Counted from the stretch's first letter, positions 49,751 to 59,902 are shown. The stretch: 64,000 nt of DNA from Candidatus Komeilibacteria bacterium (GCA_048538275.1 JBLYPW010000001.1:212919-276918), one strand, 5' to 3'. Numbers and translations: made by a program. The notes: generated by a model not told the origin, from the sequence alone.

Positions 49751-50167
49751 ATGTTAGCTCCTAAGAAAGTAAAACATAGAAAGTGGCATCGAGGCGATCA
49801 GATCAAGGGTCGTGCTACTCGTATGTATACAGTCGCTTTTGGCGAATACGGTTTGAAGTCTATTAGTAAGGGCTGGGTTACTTCCCGCCAAATTGAAGCA
49901 GCTCGTAGAGTCATGACCAGATATTTGCAACGTGGTGGTAAAGTATGGATTAGGATTTTTCCCGATAAATCTATTACCCAAAAAGGTAGTGAAGTACCGA
50001 TGGGCAGCGGTAAGGGAGCGGTGGATCATTATGTCGCCGTGGTTAAGCCCGGTACGGTAATGTTTGAAATTGGTGGTGTAAAAGCAGAAGACGCCTACCA
50101 GGCAATGAAATTAGCTAGTTACAAACTACCAGTTAAGACTAAGATTGTTACTCGTATCAATAAATAA
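49751..50167 (+). CDS. rplP: 50S ribosomal protein L16
   Basis: [13 protein letters not shown] is an L16 signature. Confidence 0.97.
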   Translation: MLAPKKVKHRKWHRGDQIKGRATRMYTVAFGEYGLKSISKGWVTSRQIEAARRVMTRYLQRGGKVWIRIFPDKSITQKGSEVPMGSGKGAVDHYVAVVKPGTVMFEIGGVKAEDAYQAMKLASYKLPVKTKIVTRINK

Positions 50168-50168
50168 T

Positions 50169-50372
50169 ATGGAAAGTAAAGATTTAAGAAAAAAAAGTTT
50201 AAAAGAATTACAGCAATTATTAGCCACGACCAGAGAAAAAGTTCGTGAATTACGTTTTTCGGTTAGTAATAAGCAATTGAAGAATATTCGTGAAATTAGA
50301 ACCAAAAAGGTTGAGATTGCTCGTATTTTGACCATTATTAAGGAAAAGAATAATATAGTAAAGGAAAAATAA
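50169..50372 (+). CDS. rpmC: 50S ribosomal protein L29
   Basis: ..LRKKSLKELQQLL...REKVRELRF.. Confidence 0.9.
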   Translation: MESKDLRKKSLKELQQLLATTREKVRELRFSVSNKQLKNIREIRTKKVEIARILTIIKEKNNIVKEK

Positions 50373-50373
50373 T

Positions 50374-50634
50374 ATGGCAGCAGATAATCAAAATATAAAA
50401 ATTATACGGCGTGGACAAGGACAGATAATGTCCACCAAGATGCAGGAAACAGCTATTGTGACTGTGGTCACTCACAAGGTACACGCAAAGTATAAAAAAA
50501 ATTATAAGGTAACAAAAAAAATGGCTTGCCATAATCCGAAAAATAAGTATAAAGTGGGTGATGTCATTATTTTTGAGGAGTGCCGCCCATTGTCCAAGAC
50601 TAAGCGGTGGCGTATTATCAAGAAGGTAAAGTAA
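50374..50634 (+). CDS. rpsQ: 30S ribosomal protein S17
   Basis: ..[17 protein letters not shown].., ..[19 protein letters not shown].. Confidence 0.9.
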   Translation: MAADNQNIKIIRRGQGQIMSTKMQETAIVTVVTHKVHAKYKKNYKVTKKMACHNPKNKYKVGDVIIFEECRPLSKTKRWRIIKKVK

Positions 50635-50635
50635 T

Positions 50636-51007
50636 ATGATTCAAGCAGAGTCAAAATTAAAAGTAGCGGATAATTCAGGCGCCAAGCTGTTGAAGGTTAT
50701 TCAAGTCCAGAAAGGTTTTAAGCGTCGTTATGCTCGAGTCGCTGATTTGGTGACCGCTACGGTAAAAATCGCACAACCACATTCTTTGGTGAAGAAAGGA
50801 GATGTAGTGGTAGCTGTTATTGTTCGTCAGCGAAAAGAGATTCGTCGTGCAGATGGTACATATGTTCGTTGGGATGAAAACGCAGCTGTTATTATAGACA
50901 AAAAAACCAAGGATCCTAAAGGTAGTCGTGTGTTTGGTCCGGTAGCCAGAGAATTAAAAGCGGCCGGTTTTAATAAAATTGTATCTTTGGCCCCAGAGGT
51001 CTTATAA
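50636..51007 (+). CDS. rplN: 50S ribosomal protein L14
   Basis: [17 protein letters not shown] is an L14 signature. Confidence 0.97.
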   Translation: MIQAESKLKVADNSGAKLLKVIQVQKGFKRRYARVADLVTATVKIAQPHSLVKKGDVVVAVIVRQRKEIRRADGTYVRWDENAAVIIDKKTKDPKGSRVFGPVARELKAAGFNKIVSLAPEVL

Positions 51008-51018
51008 GGAAAATATTT

Positions 51019-51327
51019 ATGTATATCAAAAAAGGAGATAATGTGCAGATAATTGCCGGCAAGGACAAAGGTAAGCATGGTAAGGTTTTGAAGGTGATGC
51101 CTGAGCAAGACAAAGTTGTGGTGGAAGGACTAAATATTCGTATTCGTCATAGCAGACCGCGTCGGGAAGGTGAAAAGGGGCAAAAATTAGAATTCCCTGC
51201 ACCAATTCACGTTTCCAATGTGATGTTATTGGAATCACGTACTGGCAAACCCACCCGCATTGGGTATAAAAAATTGGAAGATGGTAAAAAAATAAGAACT
51301 TCTAAACGTACGGGAGAGGAAATATAA
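51019..51327 (+). CDS. rplX: 50S ribosomal protein L24
   Basis: ..KKGDNVQIIAGKDKGKHGKVLKV.. (KOW domain). Confidence 0.95.
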   Translation: MYIKKGDNVQIIAGKDKGKHGKVLKVMPEQDKVVVEGLNIRIRHSRPRREGEKGQKLEFPAPIHVSNVMLLESRTGKPTRIGYKKLEDGKKIRTSKRTGEEI

Positions 51328-51331
51328 ATAT

Positions 51332-51886
51332 ATGGAGTTATTGCAAGAAAAATATAAAAAGACAGTGAGTGAGCAGATGGCTGCTAAGTTTAAGCTTACT
51401 AATAAGATGGCTATCCCCAGGTTGCTAAAAGTAACTGTTAATGTTGGTGTAGGTAAAGGCTTGAAAGATCCTAAATTCAATGAATTGGTAGAAAACACTC
51501 TGCAACGGATTACCGGTCAAAAACCGCAAACCACTAGAGCGCGCAAGTCAATTGCTGCTTTTAAGATTCGTGATGGTGCGGTAGTGGGATATAAAGTGAC
51601 CTTACGAGGAAAACGCATGTACGATTTTTTGAACAAAATAGTACATATTGCTTTACCTAGAGTACGAGATTTTCATGGTTTAGATCCCAATAAAAATTTG
51701 GATGAACAGGGTAATTTAACTATAGGTTTTAGAGAACACAATGTATTTCCGGAGATCAAGTCTGATGAAGTGGAGCGTTTACATGGTATGGAAGTATCGG
51801 TGACTGTTAATGCTGGCAGTCGGGAATCAGGTTTGGCATTATTCCGTTTGTTAGGCTTTCCATTTAAATCAAATGATAAAAAATAA
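51332..51886 (+). CDS. rplE: 50S ribosomal protein L5
   Basis: L5-family sequence. Confidence 0.95.
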   Translation: MELLQEKYKKTVSEQMAAKFKLTNKMAIPRLLKVTVNVGVGKGLKDPKFNELVENTLQRITGQKPQTTRARKSIAAFKIRDGAVVGYKVTLRGKRMYDFLNKIVHIALPRVRDFHGLDPNKNLDEQGNLTIGFREHNVFPEIKSDEVERLHGMEVSVTVNAGSRESGLALFRLLGFPFKSNDKK

Positions 51887-51900
51887 TTTTTAGAATTACC

Positions 51901-52086
51901 ATGGCTATTAAATCAGAAATTGCCAAAGCAAATAAAAAACCAAAATACTCCACACGAAAAACTCATCGTTGTTGGCGCTGTGGTCGACGTCGCGCCTATA
52001 TTAGAGATTTTAAATTGTGCCGCATCTGTTTTCGTGAGTTAGCCACCAAAGGAGAAATTCCCGGTGTCCGTAAATCAAGTTGGTAA
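51901..52086 (+). CDS. rpsZ: 30S ribosomal protein S14 type Z (zinc-binding)
   Basis: 61 aa with CWRCGRR...CRIC. Confidence 0.95.
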   Translation: MAIKSEIAKANKKPKYSTRKTHRCWRCGRRRAYIRDFKLCRICFRELATKGEIPGVRKSSW

Positions 52087-52123
52087 TATATTTTTAAAGG
52101 TTAAAATTTAAGAAATTATAAAT

Positions 52124-52519
52124 ATGACAGTAACTGATCCCATTGCAGACATGCTAACTCGTTTACGTAACGGGTTGGCGGTGAAAAAGGAAGAGGTAGT
52201 TGTACCTTGGTCCAAGCTTAAATATGGCATTTTGCAAATTTTAGTAAAAGAAGGATACTTGGACGATGTGCAAGTGAGTGAGCGCAATGGTTTTAAGGTG
52301 TTATTGGTAAATTTAAAATACGATAAACGCCAACCCGTTATCAAGCACATAAAACGTTTATCTAGGCCTAGTCGTCGTTGGTATGTGAAGGGTAATAATA
52401 TACCTTATATTTTGAATGGGTTGGGTATGGCAATTTTGTCTACCTCCAAGGGTTTGAAGACAGATTTGCAAGCTCGCCGAGCCAAGATTGGCGGAGAATT
52501 AATTTGTGAAATTTGGTAA
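52124..52519 (+). CDS. rpsH: 30S ribosomal protein S8
   Basis: MTVTDPIADMLTRLRN is an S8 signature. Confidence 0.97.
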   Translation: MTVTDPIADMLTRLRNGLAVKKEEVVVPWSKLKYGILQILVKEGYLDDVQVSERNGFKVLLVNLKYDKRQPVIKHIKRLSRPSRRWYVKGNNIPYILNGLGMAILSTSKGLKTDLQARRAKIGGELICEIW

Positions 52520-52520
52520 T

Positions 52521-53069
52521 ATGTCTAGAGTAGGAAAACAACCAATTATTATACCAGAGAAAGTTAGTATCAAGATTGATGGTAATCAAGTTATGGTTAA
52601 GGGTCCCAAAGGGGAGCTAAGTATGTTAGTGGCGCCTCATGTTACGATTACTTTATCTGATAAAGAGGCAGTTGTGCATATAGAAAATGAGGATAATAAG
52701 AAGCAGCGCGCTTTATGGGGCACGACTCGTAGCAATCTACAAAATTTAGTTAGTGGTGTGAGTGAGGGATTTAGTAAACAGCTGGAGATTAATGGCGTTG
52801 GTTATAAAGCGGCAGTACAAGGTAAAAAATTAGTGCTCAATGTAGGTTATTCTCATCCGGTGGAATATGATGCTCCCGCGGGCATAGAATTTGCTGTAGA
52901 AAAGAACATTATTAGTATTTCCGGTATTGATAAGCAATTATTAGGCAAAGTAGCCGCTGAAATTAGGGCGGTGCGCAAACCTGAACCATATAAAGGTAAA
53001 GGTATTAAATATATTGATGAGGTCATCAGGCGTAAAGCCGGTAAGATGGCTAAAGGAGCGGAAAAATAA
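52521..53069 (+). CDS. rplF: 50S ribosomal protein L6
   Basis: MSRVGKQPI.IP..V is an L6 signature; start taken at 52521 rather than the ORF-track 52506. Confidence 0.93.
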   Translation: MSRVGKQPIIIPEKVSIKIDGNQVMVKGPKGELSMLVAPHVTITLSDKEAVVHIENEDNKKQRALWGTTRSNLQNLVSGVSEGFSKQLEINGVGYKAAVQGKKLVLNVGYSHPVEYDAPAGIEFAVEKNIISISGIDKQLLGKVAAEIRAVRKPEPYKGKGIKYIDEVIRRKAGKMAKGAEK

Positions 53070-53425
53070 TGGCTAAAACTAAATTTAAAAAATTAGTAAA
53101 TAAGACTAGACGACAGCAACGAGTGCGTAGTAAATTACAAGGCACGGCCCAGCGACCGCGTTTGAGCATTCATCGCAGTTTGCGCTATATGAGCGCGCAA
53201 GCCATTGATGATACGCAAAACAAGACTTTGGTTGGCTTATATGAGAGTAATCTAAAATTGTCTGGTGATAAAATAAAGCGCGCGCAAGCCTTTGCTGAAA
53301 AATTGGCTGAGGTCTTGGCGAGTAAAGGTATAAAAAAGATCATTTTTGATAAAGGTCCCTATCAATATCATGGCCGAGTAAAGGCGGTAGCTGACGGTTT
53401 GCGCTCAGCGGGTATTGAGTTTTAA
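53069..53425 (+). CDS. rplR: 50S ribosomal protein L18
   Basis: L18-family sequence (..RPRLSIHRSLRYM.AQ.IDD..). Confidence 0.95.
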   Translation: MAKTKFKKLVNKTRRQQRVRSKLQGTAQRPRLSIHRSLRYMSAQAIDDTQNKTLVGLYESNLKLSGDKIKRAQAFAEKLAEVLASKGIKKIIFDKGPYQYHGRVKAVADGLRSAGIEF

Positions 53426-53444
53426 TAGAAGCTAATTTGTAATT

Positions 53445-53999
53445 ATGGCAAATAAGAACGTAAAAAGAGGAAATAAAAGAAATCGTCGTGAACGTGATGA
53501 GTTTGATCAGCGTATTATTGATTTAGCTCGCGTTACACGTGTGATGGCTGGTGGTAAGCGTTTGCGCTTCAGGGCCTGTGTAGTGGTGGGCGATCATAAA
53601 GGTAAGCTAGGTTATGGCGTGGCCAAAGGAGCGGATGTGACTTTAGCCGTTACTAAGGCTGTTAATCACGCTAAGAAGCATTTATTAAATATAGATATTT
53701 CTACTGGCAGTATTCCTCATCAGGTCATGCAAAAATATAAAGCGGCTCAAGTAATGTTACGCCCAGCACCAGTGGGTACTGGTATCGTAGCTGGCGGTGC
53801 AGTGCGCTCAGTATTAGAATTATCTGGCATAAAAAATATTTCGGCTAAGATTTTTGGCTCCAATAATAAAGTAAACAATGTGAAGGCGACTTTTATTGCT
53901 TTAGAAAATTTGATTTATAGGGAAAAACAGGAACAGCCAGCTTCACAAGCTGATATCCCTGAAAAAGATAATAAAGTGTCGGATAAGCAAACTAAATAA
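53445..53999 (+). CDS. rpsE: 30S ribosomal protein S5 with a C-terminal extension
   Basis: ..VTRVMAGGKRLRFRA.VVVGD.KG.LGYG.AK. Confidence 0.95.
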   Translation: MANKNVKRGNKRNRRERDEFDQRIIDLARVTRVMAGGKRLRFRACVVVGDHKGKLGYGVAKGADVTLAVTKAVNHAKKHLLNIDISTGSIPHQVMQKYKAAQVMLRPAPVGTGIVAGGAVRSVLELSGIKNISAKIFGSNNKVNNVKATFIALENLIYREKQEQPASQADIPEKDNKVSDKQTK

Positions 54000-54007
54000 G
54001 AAAATTT

Positions 54008-54544
54008 ATGGCTACAGATTTATTAGGTTTAAATAATTTGCCCAAGAATCCCGGGACCAAGAAGAATAAAATTCGTCGTGGACGTGGTAATGCCTCTGGA
54101 GGTAATTATTCTGGTAGGGGTATGAAAGGGCAACGGGCTCGTTCTGGTGGTAGAGTTGGTTTGAAAGCGAGGAGTTTTCGTAATTATTTATTACGCATTC
54201 CTAAACATCGTGGTTTTAAAAGTGGTCGCCCAGCTAATATTCCAGTTAATTTAGCTGATTTAGAGAAATATTATCAGGAGAATGAAGTGGTATCATTACG
54301 GAGTCTTGTGAAAAAAGGTTTAGTGCCTGCCAGTAGTCAAAATATCAAAATATTAGGCAATGGTAAAATTAATAAGCCTTTGCAAATCAAGTTAAATAAC
54401 TTATCAGCTAGCGCAAAAGATGCTATTATAAAGGCAGGAGGCAAGATTTTAGAACAAGTTCAGTCAGCGGATGCTAAAACCAAGTCTATTGGTAAGAAAA
54501 AAGTAGAGGATAAGTCAAATAAAAACGCCAAAGACAAATCCTAA
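54008..54544 (+). CDS. rplO: 50S ribosomal protein L15 with a C-terminal extension (no L30 gene between rpsE and rplO)
   Basis: ..RRGRGNASGGNYSGRGMKGQ.ARSG.. is an L15 signature. Confidence 0.93.
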   Translation: MATDLLGLNNLPKNPGTKKNKIRRGRGNASGGNYSGRGMKGQRARSGGRVGLKARSFRNYLLRIPKHRGFKSGRPANIPVNLADLEKYYQENEVVSLRSLVKKGLVPASSQNIKILGNGKINKPLQIKLNNLSASAKDAIIKAGGKILEQVQSADAKTKSIGKKKVEDKSNKNAKDKS

Positions 54545-54548
54545 AATT

Positions 54549-55826
54549 ATGTGGAATAAGATAGTACAAATTTGGAAAACCAAGGATATCCGTAAAGATA
54601 TCCTGTTTGTCTTTGCTATGTTAGTAGTTTTTCGTATCGCTGCTCATATTCCTATACCGGGTATTGACAGCACCGGTTTAAAAGATTTGTTGAGTTCTAA
54701 TCAGATTCTTGGTTTATTAAATATTTTTTCTGGCGGTGGGCTGGAGAATTTTTCTGTGGTAATGATTGGCATCGCTCCATATATCACCGCTTCCATTATT
54801 TTGCAGTTGTTGACCATGATCGTGCCCGCTTTAGAACGTTTATCAAAGGAAGGCGAACAGGGTAGAAATAAAATCAATAAATATACTCGGTGGTTGACAG
54901 TGCCACTGGCTGCCTTACAAGCTTATGGTTTTATTACTATTTTACAGCGCCAAGCGCAAATTGATATTTTGGGAAATTTAACTACTCCCCAATTATTACA
55001 AGCCATTTTAACAATCGTAGCCGGCACGGTATTTTTAATGTGGATCGGAGAGCTGATTTCCGAACGCCGGGTCGGTAATGGCATATCTTTATTGATTTTT
55101 GCTGGCATTGTAGCTAATTTGCCATCTTCTTTGCAAAAAACTTTAGCAGTATTTGATCCTTCACAGCTATTTAATATGCTTCTTTTTATAGTTATTGCTG
55201 TCATTACTATTGTGGTGATTGTTATTATTACTGAGGGACAACGCAATGTTCCGGTAAATTATGCTCGGCAGATACGTGGACATAGAGTTTATGGTGGATC
55301 TTCCACTCATTTGCCATTGCGTGTGAATATGGCAGGTGTTATTCCCATTATTTTTGCTATTTCTATAGTATTATTTCCACCCATGATTGCTCAGTTTTTT
55401 GTGAATGCTCATACGACTTGGATTGCAAGTGGGGCTAGCTTTATTATTAATTTATTCCAAAACCAACTATTTTATGGTATTTTCTATTTTGTATTAGTGG
55501 TAGCTTTTACTTATTTTTACACTTTTATTGTTTTCCACCCCCAGCAATTAGCTGAAAATTTGCAAAAACAAGGAGCTTTTGTACCTGGCATTCGTCCTGG
55601 TCGTCATACAGAAATTTATATTCGTAATATTGTAAGTAGAATAATTTTAGCCGGAGCATTATTTTTAGGTGTTGTGGCCATTTTACCAATTATTGTTCAG
55701 CCTATAACTGGTATCAATACCATGGTGATCGGCGGCACTAGTTTGCTTATCGTGGTTGCGGTAGTCATAGAATCAATGAAACAAATAGATTCTCAGTTGG
55801 TCATGCGTGATTACGAAGGTTTTTAA
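54549..55826 (+). CDS. secY: preprotein translocase subunit SecY
   Basis: Ten-TM SecY-family protein at the conserved position after rplO. Confidence 0.95.
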   Translation: MWNKIVQIWKTKDIRKDILFVFAMLVVFRIAAHIPIPGIDSTGLKDLLSSNQILGLLNIFSGGGLENFSVVMIGIAPYITASIILQLLTMIVPALERLSKEGEQGRNKINKYTRWLTVPLAALQAYGFITILQRQAQIDILGNLTTPQLLQAILTIVAGTVFLMWIGELISERRVGNGISLLIFAGIVANLPSSLQKTLAVFDPSQLFNMLLFIVIAVITIVVIVIITEGQRNVPVNYARQIRGHRVYGGSSTHLPLRVNMAGVIPIIFAISIVLFPPMIAQFFVNAHTTWIASGASFIINLFQNQLFYGIFYFVLVVAFTYFYTFIVFHPQQLAENLQKQGAFVPGIRPGRHTEIYIRNIVSRIILAGALFLGVVAILPIIVQPITGINTMVIGGTSLLIVVAVVIESMKQIDSQLVMRDYEGF

Positions 55827-55855
55827 TAATTATTGATTTATTTTGTTTTATTGGT

Positions 55856-55880
55856 AATCCGTGCTAGGCACGGATTTTTG
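55856..55880 (+). terminator. rho-independent terminator after secY
   Basis: atccgtgc-tag-gcacggat followed by ttttg. Confidence 0.6.
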
Positions 55881-55990
55881 ATGAAAAATTTCGCTAATAT
55901 TAGGTTTTTTTATATTTATATCCTTAATAACAAATTAGTGTCAATTAGTAATTTCTGTTAAAATAGTAATATTCATTGATATTATAAATT

Positions 55991-56623
55991 ATGAAAAAAA
56001 TTATTATCATGGGGCCGCCTGGCTCAGGCAAGGGTACTCAAGCTGAAAAATTAGCACAATATTTTAATATCCTACATATTTCAACGGGAGAAATTTTTCG
56101 TGATGCTTTGCAAGCTGGCACTGCATTAGGTAAACGTATTGATAAGGTCATGCGGTCGGGGCAGTTGGTAGATGACAACACGACCAATCAAATAGTAGCT
56201 GAAAGGTTAGAGCAAGGTGATGTCCAGCAAGGCTATGTTTTAGATGGTTATCCTCGCAATATTAATCAGGCTGTGGCTTTGGCCAGATATGGTCAAATAG
56301 ATTTAGCTATTGATTTGCGGGTGCGTGATACCGTGGTAATGAAGCGCTTGGCATCCCGCAGACATTGTGAAAAATGTGGTCGCAAGTATAATTTATTGAT
56401 AGATAAACCTCAGCAGGAAAATATTTGTGATGATTGCGGGGGCAATCTTATTTTACGGGTGGATTCACAGCCAGAAGTCATTGCTGAGCGTTTGGTTGTA
56501 TATCATGTCAACAATGATCCCTTAGTTAAATATTACGAACAGCAGGGTTTGCTTTTAATTATTGATGGCGAGCCGGATATTGATACGGTGTGGCAGAATA
56601 TTAAAAAATCTATAAATTTATGA
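55991..56623 (+). CDS. adk: adenylate kinase (Zn-finger lid)
   Basis: GPPGSGKGTQ P-loop; CEKCGR..CDDCGG lid; TGA stop overlapping the ATG of map (ATGA). Confidence 0.95.
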   Translation: MKKIIIMGPPGSGKGTQAEKLAQYFNILHISTGEIFRDALQAGTALGKRIDKVMRSGQLVDDNTTNQIVAERLEQGDVQQGYVLDGYPRNINQAVALARYGQIDLAIDLRVRDTVVMKRLASRRHCEKCGRKYNLLIDKPQQENICDDCGGNLILRVDSQPEVIAERLVVYHVNNDPLVKYYEQQGLLLIIDGEPDIDTVWQNIKKSINL

Positions 56624-57378
56624 GTTTATTAAAAACTAGTCAAGAAATAAAGGAGTTGAGAATTATTGGTCGTGAATTAGGTATGATTCTCAAACAAGTG
56701 GCAAATTCTGTTAAACCTGGCATTACGACCGCTGCTCTCAATGAAATGGCGGAAGAGCTTATTGAACAAGCTGGTGGCAGGCCTTGTTTTAAGGGCTATG
56801 GCGAACCTTATTCATTTCCGGCCGGCTTATGCGTTTCTTTAAATGAGGAAATCGTGCATGGCATTCCGGGCGATCGTCAAGTTCAAGAAGGGGATTTGGT
56901 TAGCTTGGATATAGGCATGGAAAGAAATGGTTTATATACTGATATGGCTACCACGGTAGCTGTCGGGCAGGTCGGTCAGGTAGAGCGTGAGTTAATGGCA
57001 GTAACAGCCCATGCTTTACAGCTTGGCATTGCTCAGTGTCGGGCGGGTAATACTTTGGGTGATATAGGTCATGCTATTCAGTCTTATGTAGAAAAACATG
57101 GTTTTGGCGTGGTGCGTGATCTAGTAGGGCACGGTGTTGGTCATGCTGTCCACGAAGCACCAGCTGTGCCTAATTATGGTCAAGCTGGCAAGGGGCAAGT
57201 ATTGCAGGTTGGCATGGTTTTAGCTTTGGAGCCCATGGTAACCGTTGGTAGTTATGAGATTGCGTATGGTGATGATGACTGGACTATAAAAACTGCCGAT
57301 GATAGTTTGTCGGCACACTATGAGCACACTATAGCGATTACTGAAAAAGGACCTATTATCATCACTGCTTATGATTAG
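56620..57378 (+). CDS. map: methionine aminopeptidase type I
   Basis: MetAP pita-bread fold motifs (..HGIPGDR.., ..DIGHAIQ.., ..GHGVGH..). Confidence 0.95.
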   Translation: MSLLKTSQEIKELRIIGRELGMILKQVANSVKPGITTAALNEMAEELIEQAGGRPCFKGYGEPYSFPAGLCVSLNEEIVHGIPGDRQVQEGDLVSLDIGMERNGLYTDMATTVAVGQVGQVERELMAVTAHALQLGIAQCRAGNTLGDIGHAIQSYVEKHGFGVVRDLVGHGVGHAVHEAPAVPNYGQAGKGQVLQVGMVLALEPMVTVGSYEIAYGDDDWTIKTADDSLSAHYEHTIAITEKGPIIITAYD

Positions 57379-57763
57379 AATTTTGGGTATAGATTATGGT
57401 AGCGCTAAGATCGGTTTGGCTATAGCCGATAGTGAGACAACTTTGGCAATGCCGTTTGATATTATCTATAAAAATAGTATAGGAGAGCAGCTGGCGGTTT
57501 TACGTGATATCATCAAACGTGAAAAGATTGATGAGTTGGTAGTAGGATGGCCGCTCAGTTTGGATAATAAAGTTACAGCGCAGACCAAGAAAGTAGAAGA
57601 TTTTTTGAAAGAATTAGCCGTTCTAAATTTGCCTATTCATCGTCAGGATGAAAGATTGTCCACCCAAGCAGCCAGTCGCACTACGAGTAAACAAGATGAT
57701 GATGCGATAGCTGCTATGTATATTTTACAAGCCTATTTGGATGGAAAAAACAATGATTCCTAG
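57371..57763 (+). CDS. ruvX: Holliday-junction resolvase-like protein YqgF/RuvX
   Basis: ILGIDYGSAKIGLAIAD.. is a YqgF signature. Confidence 0.85.
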   Translation: MIRILGIDYGSAKIGLAIADSETTLAMPFDIIYKNSIGEQLAVLRDIIKREKIDELVVGWPLSLDNKVTAQTKKVEDFLKELAVLNLPIHRQDERLSTQAASRTTSKQDDDAIAAMYILQAYLDGKNNDS

Positions 57764-58838
57764 TTGGCTATTTTATATCACACCATTATTACTAAGCTGT
57801 TTATTAGCTTGGTTTTTTACTAAACTGGTACGTTTAATAGCTTTGCATAGAGAAATTGTAGATAAGCCCGCTCCTCGTAAAGTGCATGATAAGCCCGTGC
57901 CATTATTGGGCGGACTGGCGGTTGGCGGAGCTATCTTAATAGCTATGATCGTATTGTGGCCTTGGCTACATGATGGTGTGATAGTGAGCAAATATTTATA
58001 TGGCATTATTATTGGTTTGTGCTTGTTGTTGTTGGGTGGCTATTTGGATGATGTTTATAATTTGCGCCCCTGGCAACAAATAATATTTCCGTTGCTAGCT
58101 TCTATCATTGTGGTGTTATCTGGTATTGGTATAGATTATGTTACCAACCCGTTGGGGCCTGGCTATTGGCATTTTGATCAGTACAAAATTCTTTTATTAT
58201 GGTATCATGGCTTGCCTTATTATTTTACACCATTGGCAGATATTTTTACTTTATTATGGTTGATGGGGATGGTCTATGTGACCAAATTATTGGATGGCTT
58301 GGATGGCCTAGCGAGCGGTATTGGTGTGATTGGCAGTTTGGTAATATTTATAGTTTCATTGACTTGGGATGTTGCTTACTCAGCTACATCGGTATTGGCT
58401 TTATTAACCGCTGGGGCCTTATTAGGATTTTTATGGTGGAATTGGCATCCGGCTAAGATTTTTCTGGGTGAAGGAGGAAGTACTTTGGTTGGCTTTATGC
58501 TGGGCATTTTAGCGATTATTAGTGGTGGAAAAATTGCTACTGCACTATTGATTATGGGTATTCCTATTTTAGATGTTGCTTGGGTAATCATGCGTAGATT
58601 GCTAGTAGAACGTCATTCTATTGCGCAGGCTGATCGTCAACACTTGCATCATCGTTTATTATCAGTTGGCTTATCTCACCGTGGCGCTGTTATATTTCTT
58701 TTTATAATTACTGCTGGGTTTGGACTGATGTCTATTTGGCAAAATACTAAGGGTAAAATTATAACCTTGTTATTTTTAGTGGTTTTTATGGTGTTTTTGG
58801 CTTATAGCTTGGTGCGTAGGCAAGAACGATTGAAATAG
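57741..58838 (+). CDS. polyprenyl-phosphate sugar-1-phosphate transferase of the MraY/WecA (GT4) family
   Basis: About 10 TM helices, ..LLDGLDGLASG.. motif, DD..D motif. The exact start is uncertain; it overlaps the ruvX end. Confidence 0.7.
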   Translation: MEKTMIPSWLFYITPLLLSCLLAWFFTKLVRLIALHREIVDKPAPRKVHDKPVPLLGGLAVGGAILIAMIVLWPWLHDGVIVSKYLYGIIIGLCLLLLGGYLDDVYNLRPWQQIIFPLLASIIVVLSGIGIDYVTNPLGPGYWHFDQYKILLLWYHGLPYYFTPLADIFTLLWLMGMVYVTKLLDGLDGLASGIGVIGSLVIFIVSLTWDVAYSATSVLALLTAGALLGFLWWNWHPAKIFLGEGGSTLVGFMLGILAIISGGKIATALLIMGIPILDVAWVIMRRLLVERHSIAQADRQHLHHRLLSVGLSHRGAVIFLFIITAGFGLMSIWQNTKGKIITLLFLVVFMVFLAYSLVRRQERLK

Positions 58839-58848
58839 AGCAGGAGGC

Positions 58849-58877
58849 TTGACAGATCGGGAGATTTACTTTATACT
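58849..58877 (+). promoter_or_regulatory. consensus sigma70 promoter (TTGACA-N17-TATACT) upstream of rplU
   Basis: Read directly from the sequence. Confidence 0.55.
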
Positions 58878-58922
58878 GCTGATACTTATCATGTATTTAA
58901 TAAGATAAATTTATTTATCAAT

Positions 58923-59231
58923 ATGAAATTTGCAGTAGTGAAAACCGGTGGTAAACAGTATTTTGTTCAGGCCGGAGATAAAATAAGAGTAGAAAAATTA
59001 GTTGGAGAGCCGACTAGTAAAGTGACTTTAGAAGCTATGTTGGTTAGTGACGATAAAGGTAATGGTTTAGATATTGGCACTCCTATATTAACCAATCAGG
59101 TGGAGGCAAAAGTTTTGCGTCAAGGCAAGTCTAAAAAGGTTAAGGTTGTTAAATATAAGAATAAAACTCGTTATAAAAGAACCATTGGTCATCGTCAGCA
59201 CTTTACTGAGTTGGAAATAGTCAAGTTATAA
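58923..59231 (+). CDS. rplU: 50S ribosomal protein L21
   Basis: MKFAVVKTGGKQYFV..GD is an L21 signature. Confidence 0.95.
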   Translation: MKFAVVKTGGKQYFVQAGDKIRVEKLVGEPTSKVTLEAMLVSDDKGNGLDIGTPILTNQVEAKVLRQGKSKKVKVVKYKNKTRYKRTIGHRQHFTELEIVKL

Positions 59232-59245
59232 ATTTATTCAGCTAA

Positions 59246-59278
59246 AAAGCCCCCTGCTTGTGGCAAGGGGCTTTTTTT
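59246..59278. terminator. bidirectional rho-independent terminator (rplU on the + strand, recR on the - strand)
   Basis: gcccct-gcttgtggca-aggggc followed by ttttttt. Confidence 0.75.
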
Positions 59279-59298
59279 AATTATCTAAAAAAATAAAT

Positions 59299-59898
59299 TT
59301 ATAACTTTCTTCTATCTTTGAGAGCGTAAGATAGTGTAATATCATCGGCGTATTCTATTTCGCTGCCACTAGGTAGTCCTTTGGCTAATCTAGTAACATT
59401 GACTGGTAGGTCTTTTAGCAATTTTGCTAAATATAGGGTAGTGGCTTCGCCGGCCATGTCATAGTTGAAAGCTAGGATTATTTCTTGCGGTTTATTTTTT
59501 TTGATCCTTTCTAGCAGTTCGGGGATGCGAAGTTTGTCTGGTGTAATTCCGTCAGGTGGATTTATTTCTCCTTGTAGGACATGATAAAGCCCTTGATAGA
59601 CATTGCTCTTTTCTAAAGCTTGGAGATCTAGAATATCGGCCACTACGCAAATAGTTTTTTTATCTCTATGTTCATCACGACATATACTACAGGGTGTGGT
59701 GTCGGCAAAGTTGAAGCAAAGAGGGCAGATGGAGATTTCTGCTTTGGCTGCCAATAGACTATCAGCAAATTCCTTAAGATCTTCTTTTGGTCTAGAGAGT
59801 AGGAAAAAAGCCAGTTTTTCACTGGTTTTAGGGCCAATGCCCGGTAATTTATCAAATTGTCTGATTAGTCGCGCAACGGCGGCAGGAAGATGTTTCAT
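59299..59898 (-). CDS. recR: recombination protein RecR
   Basis: HhH, C4 zinc finger (CPLC..CSIC), Toprim. Confidence 0.93.
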   Translation of the reverse strand: MKHLPAAVARLIRQFDKLPGIGPKTSEKLAFFLLSRPKEDLKEFADSLLAAKAEISICPLCFNFADTTPCSICRDEHRDKKTICVVADILDLQALEKSNVYQGLYHVLQGEINPPDGITPDKLRIPELLERIKKNKPQEIILAFNYDMAGEATTLYLAKLLKDLPVNVTRLAKGLPSGSEIEYADDITLSYALKDRRKL

Positions 59899-59902
59899 AG
59901 GA

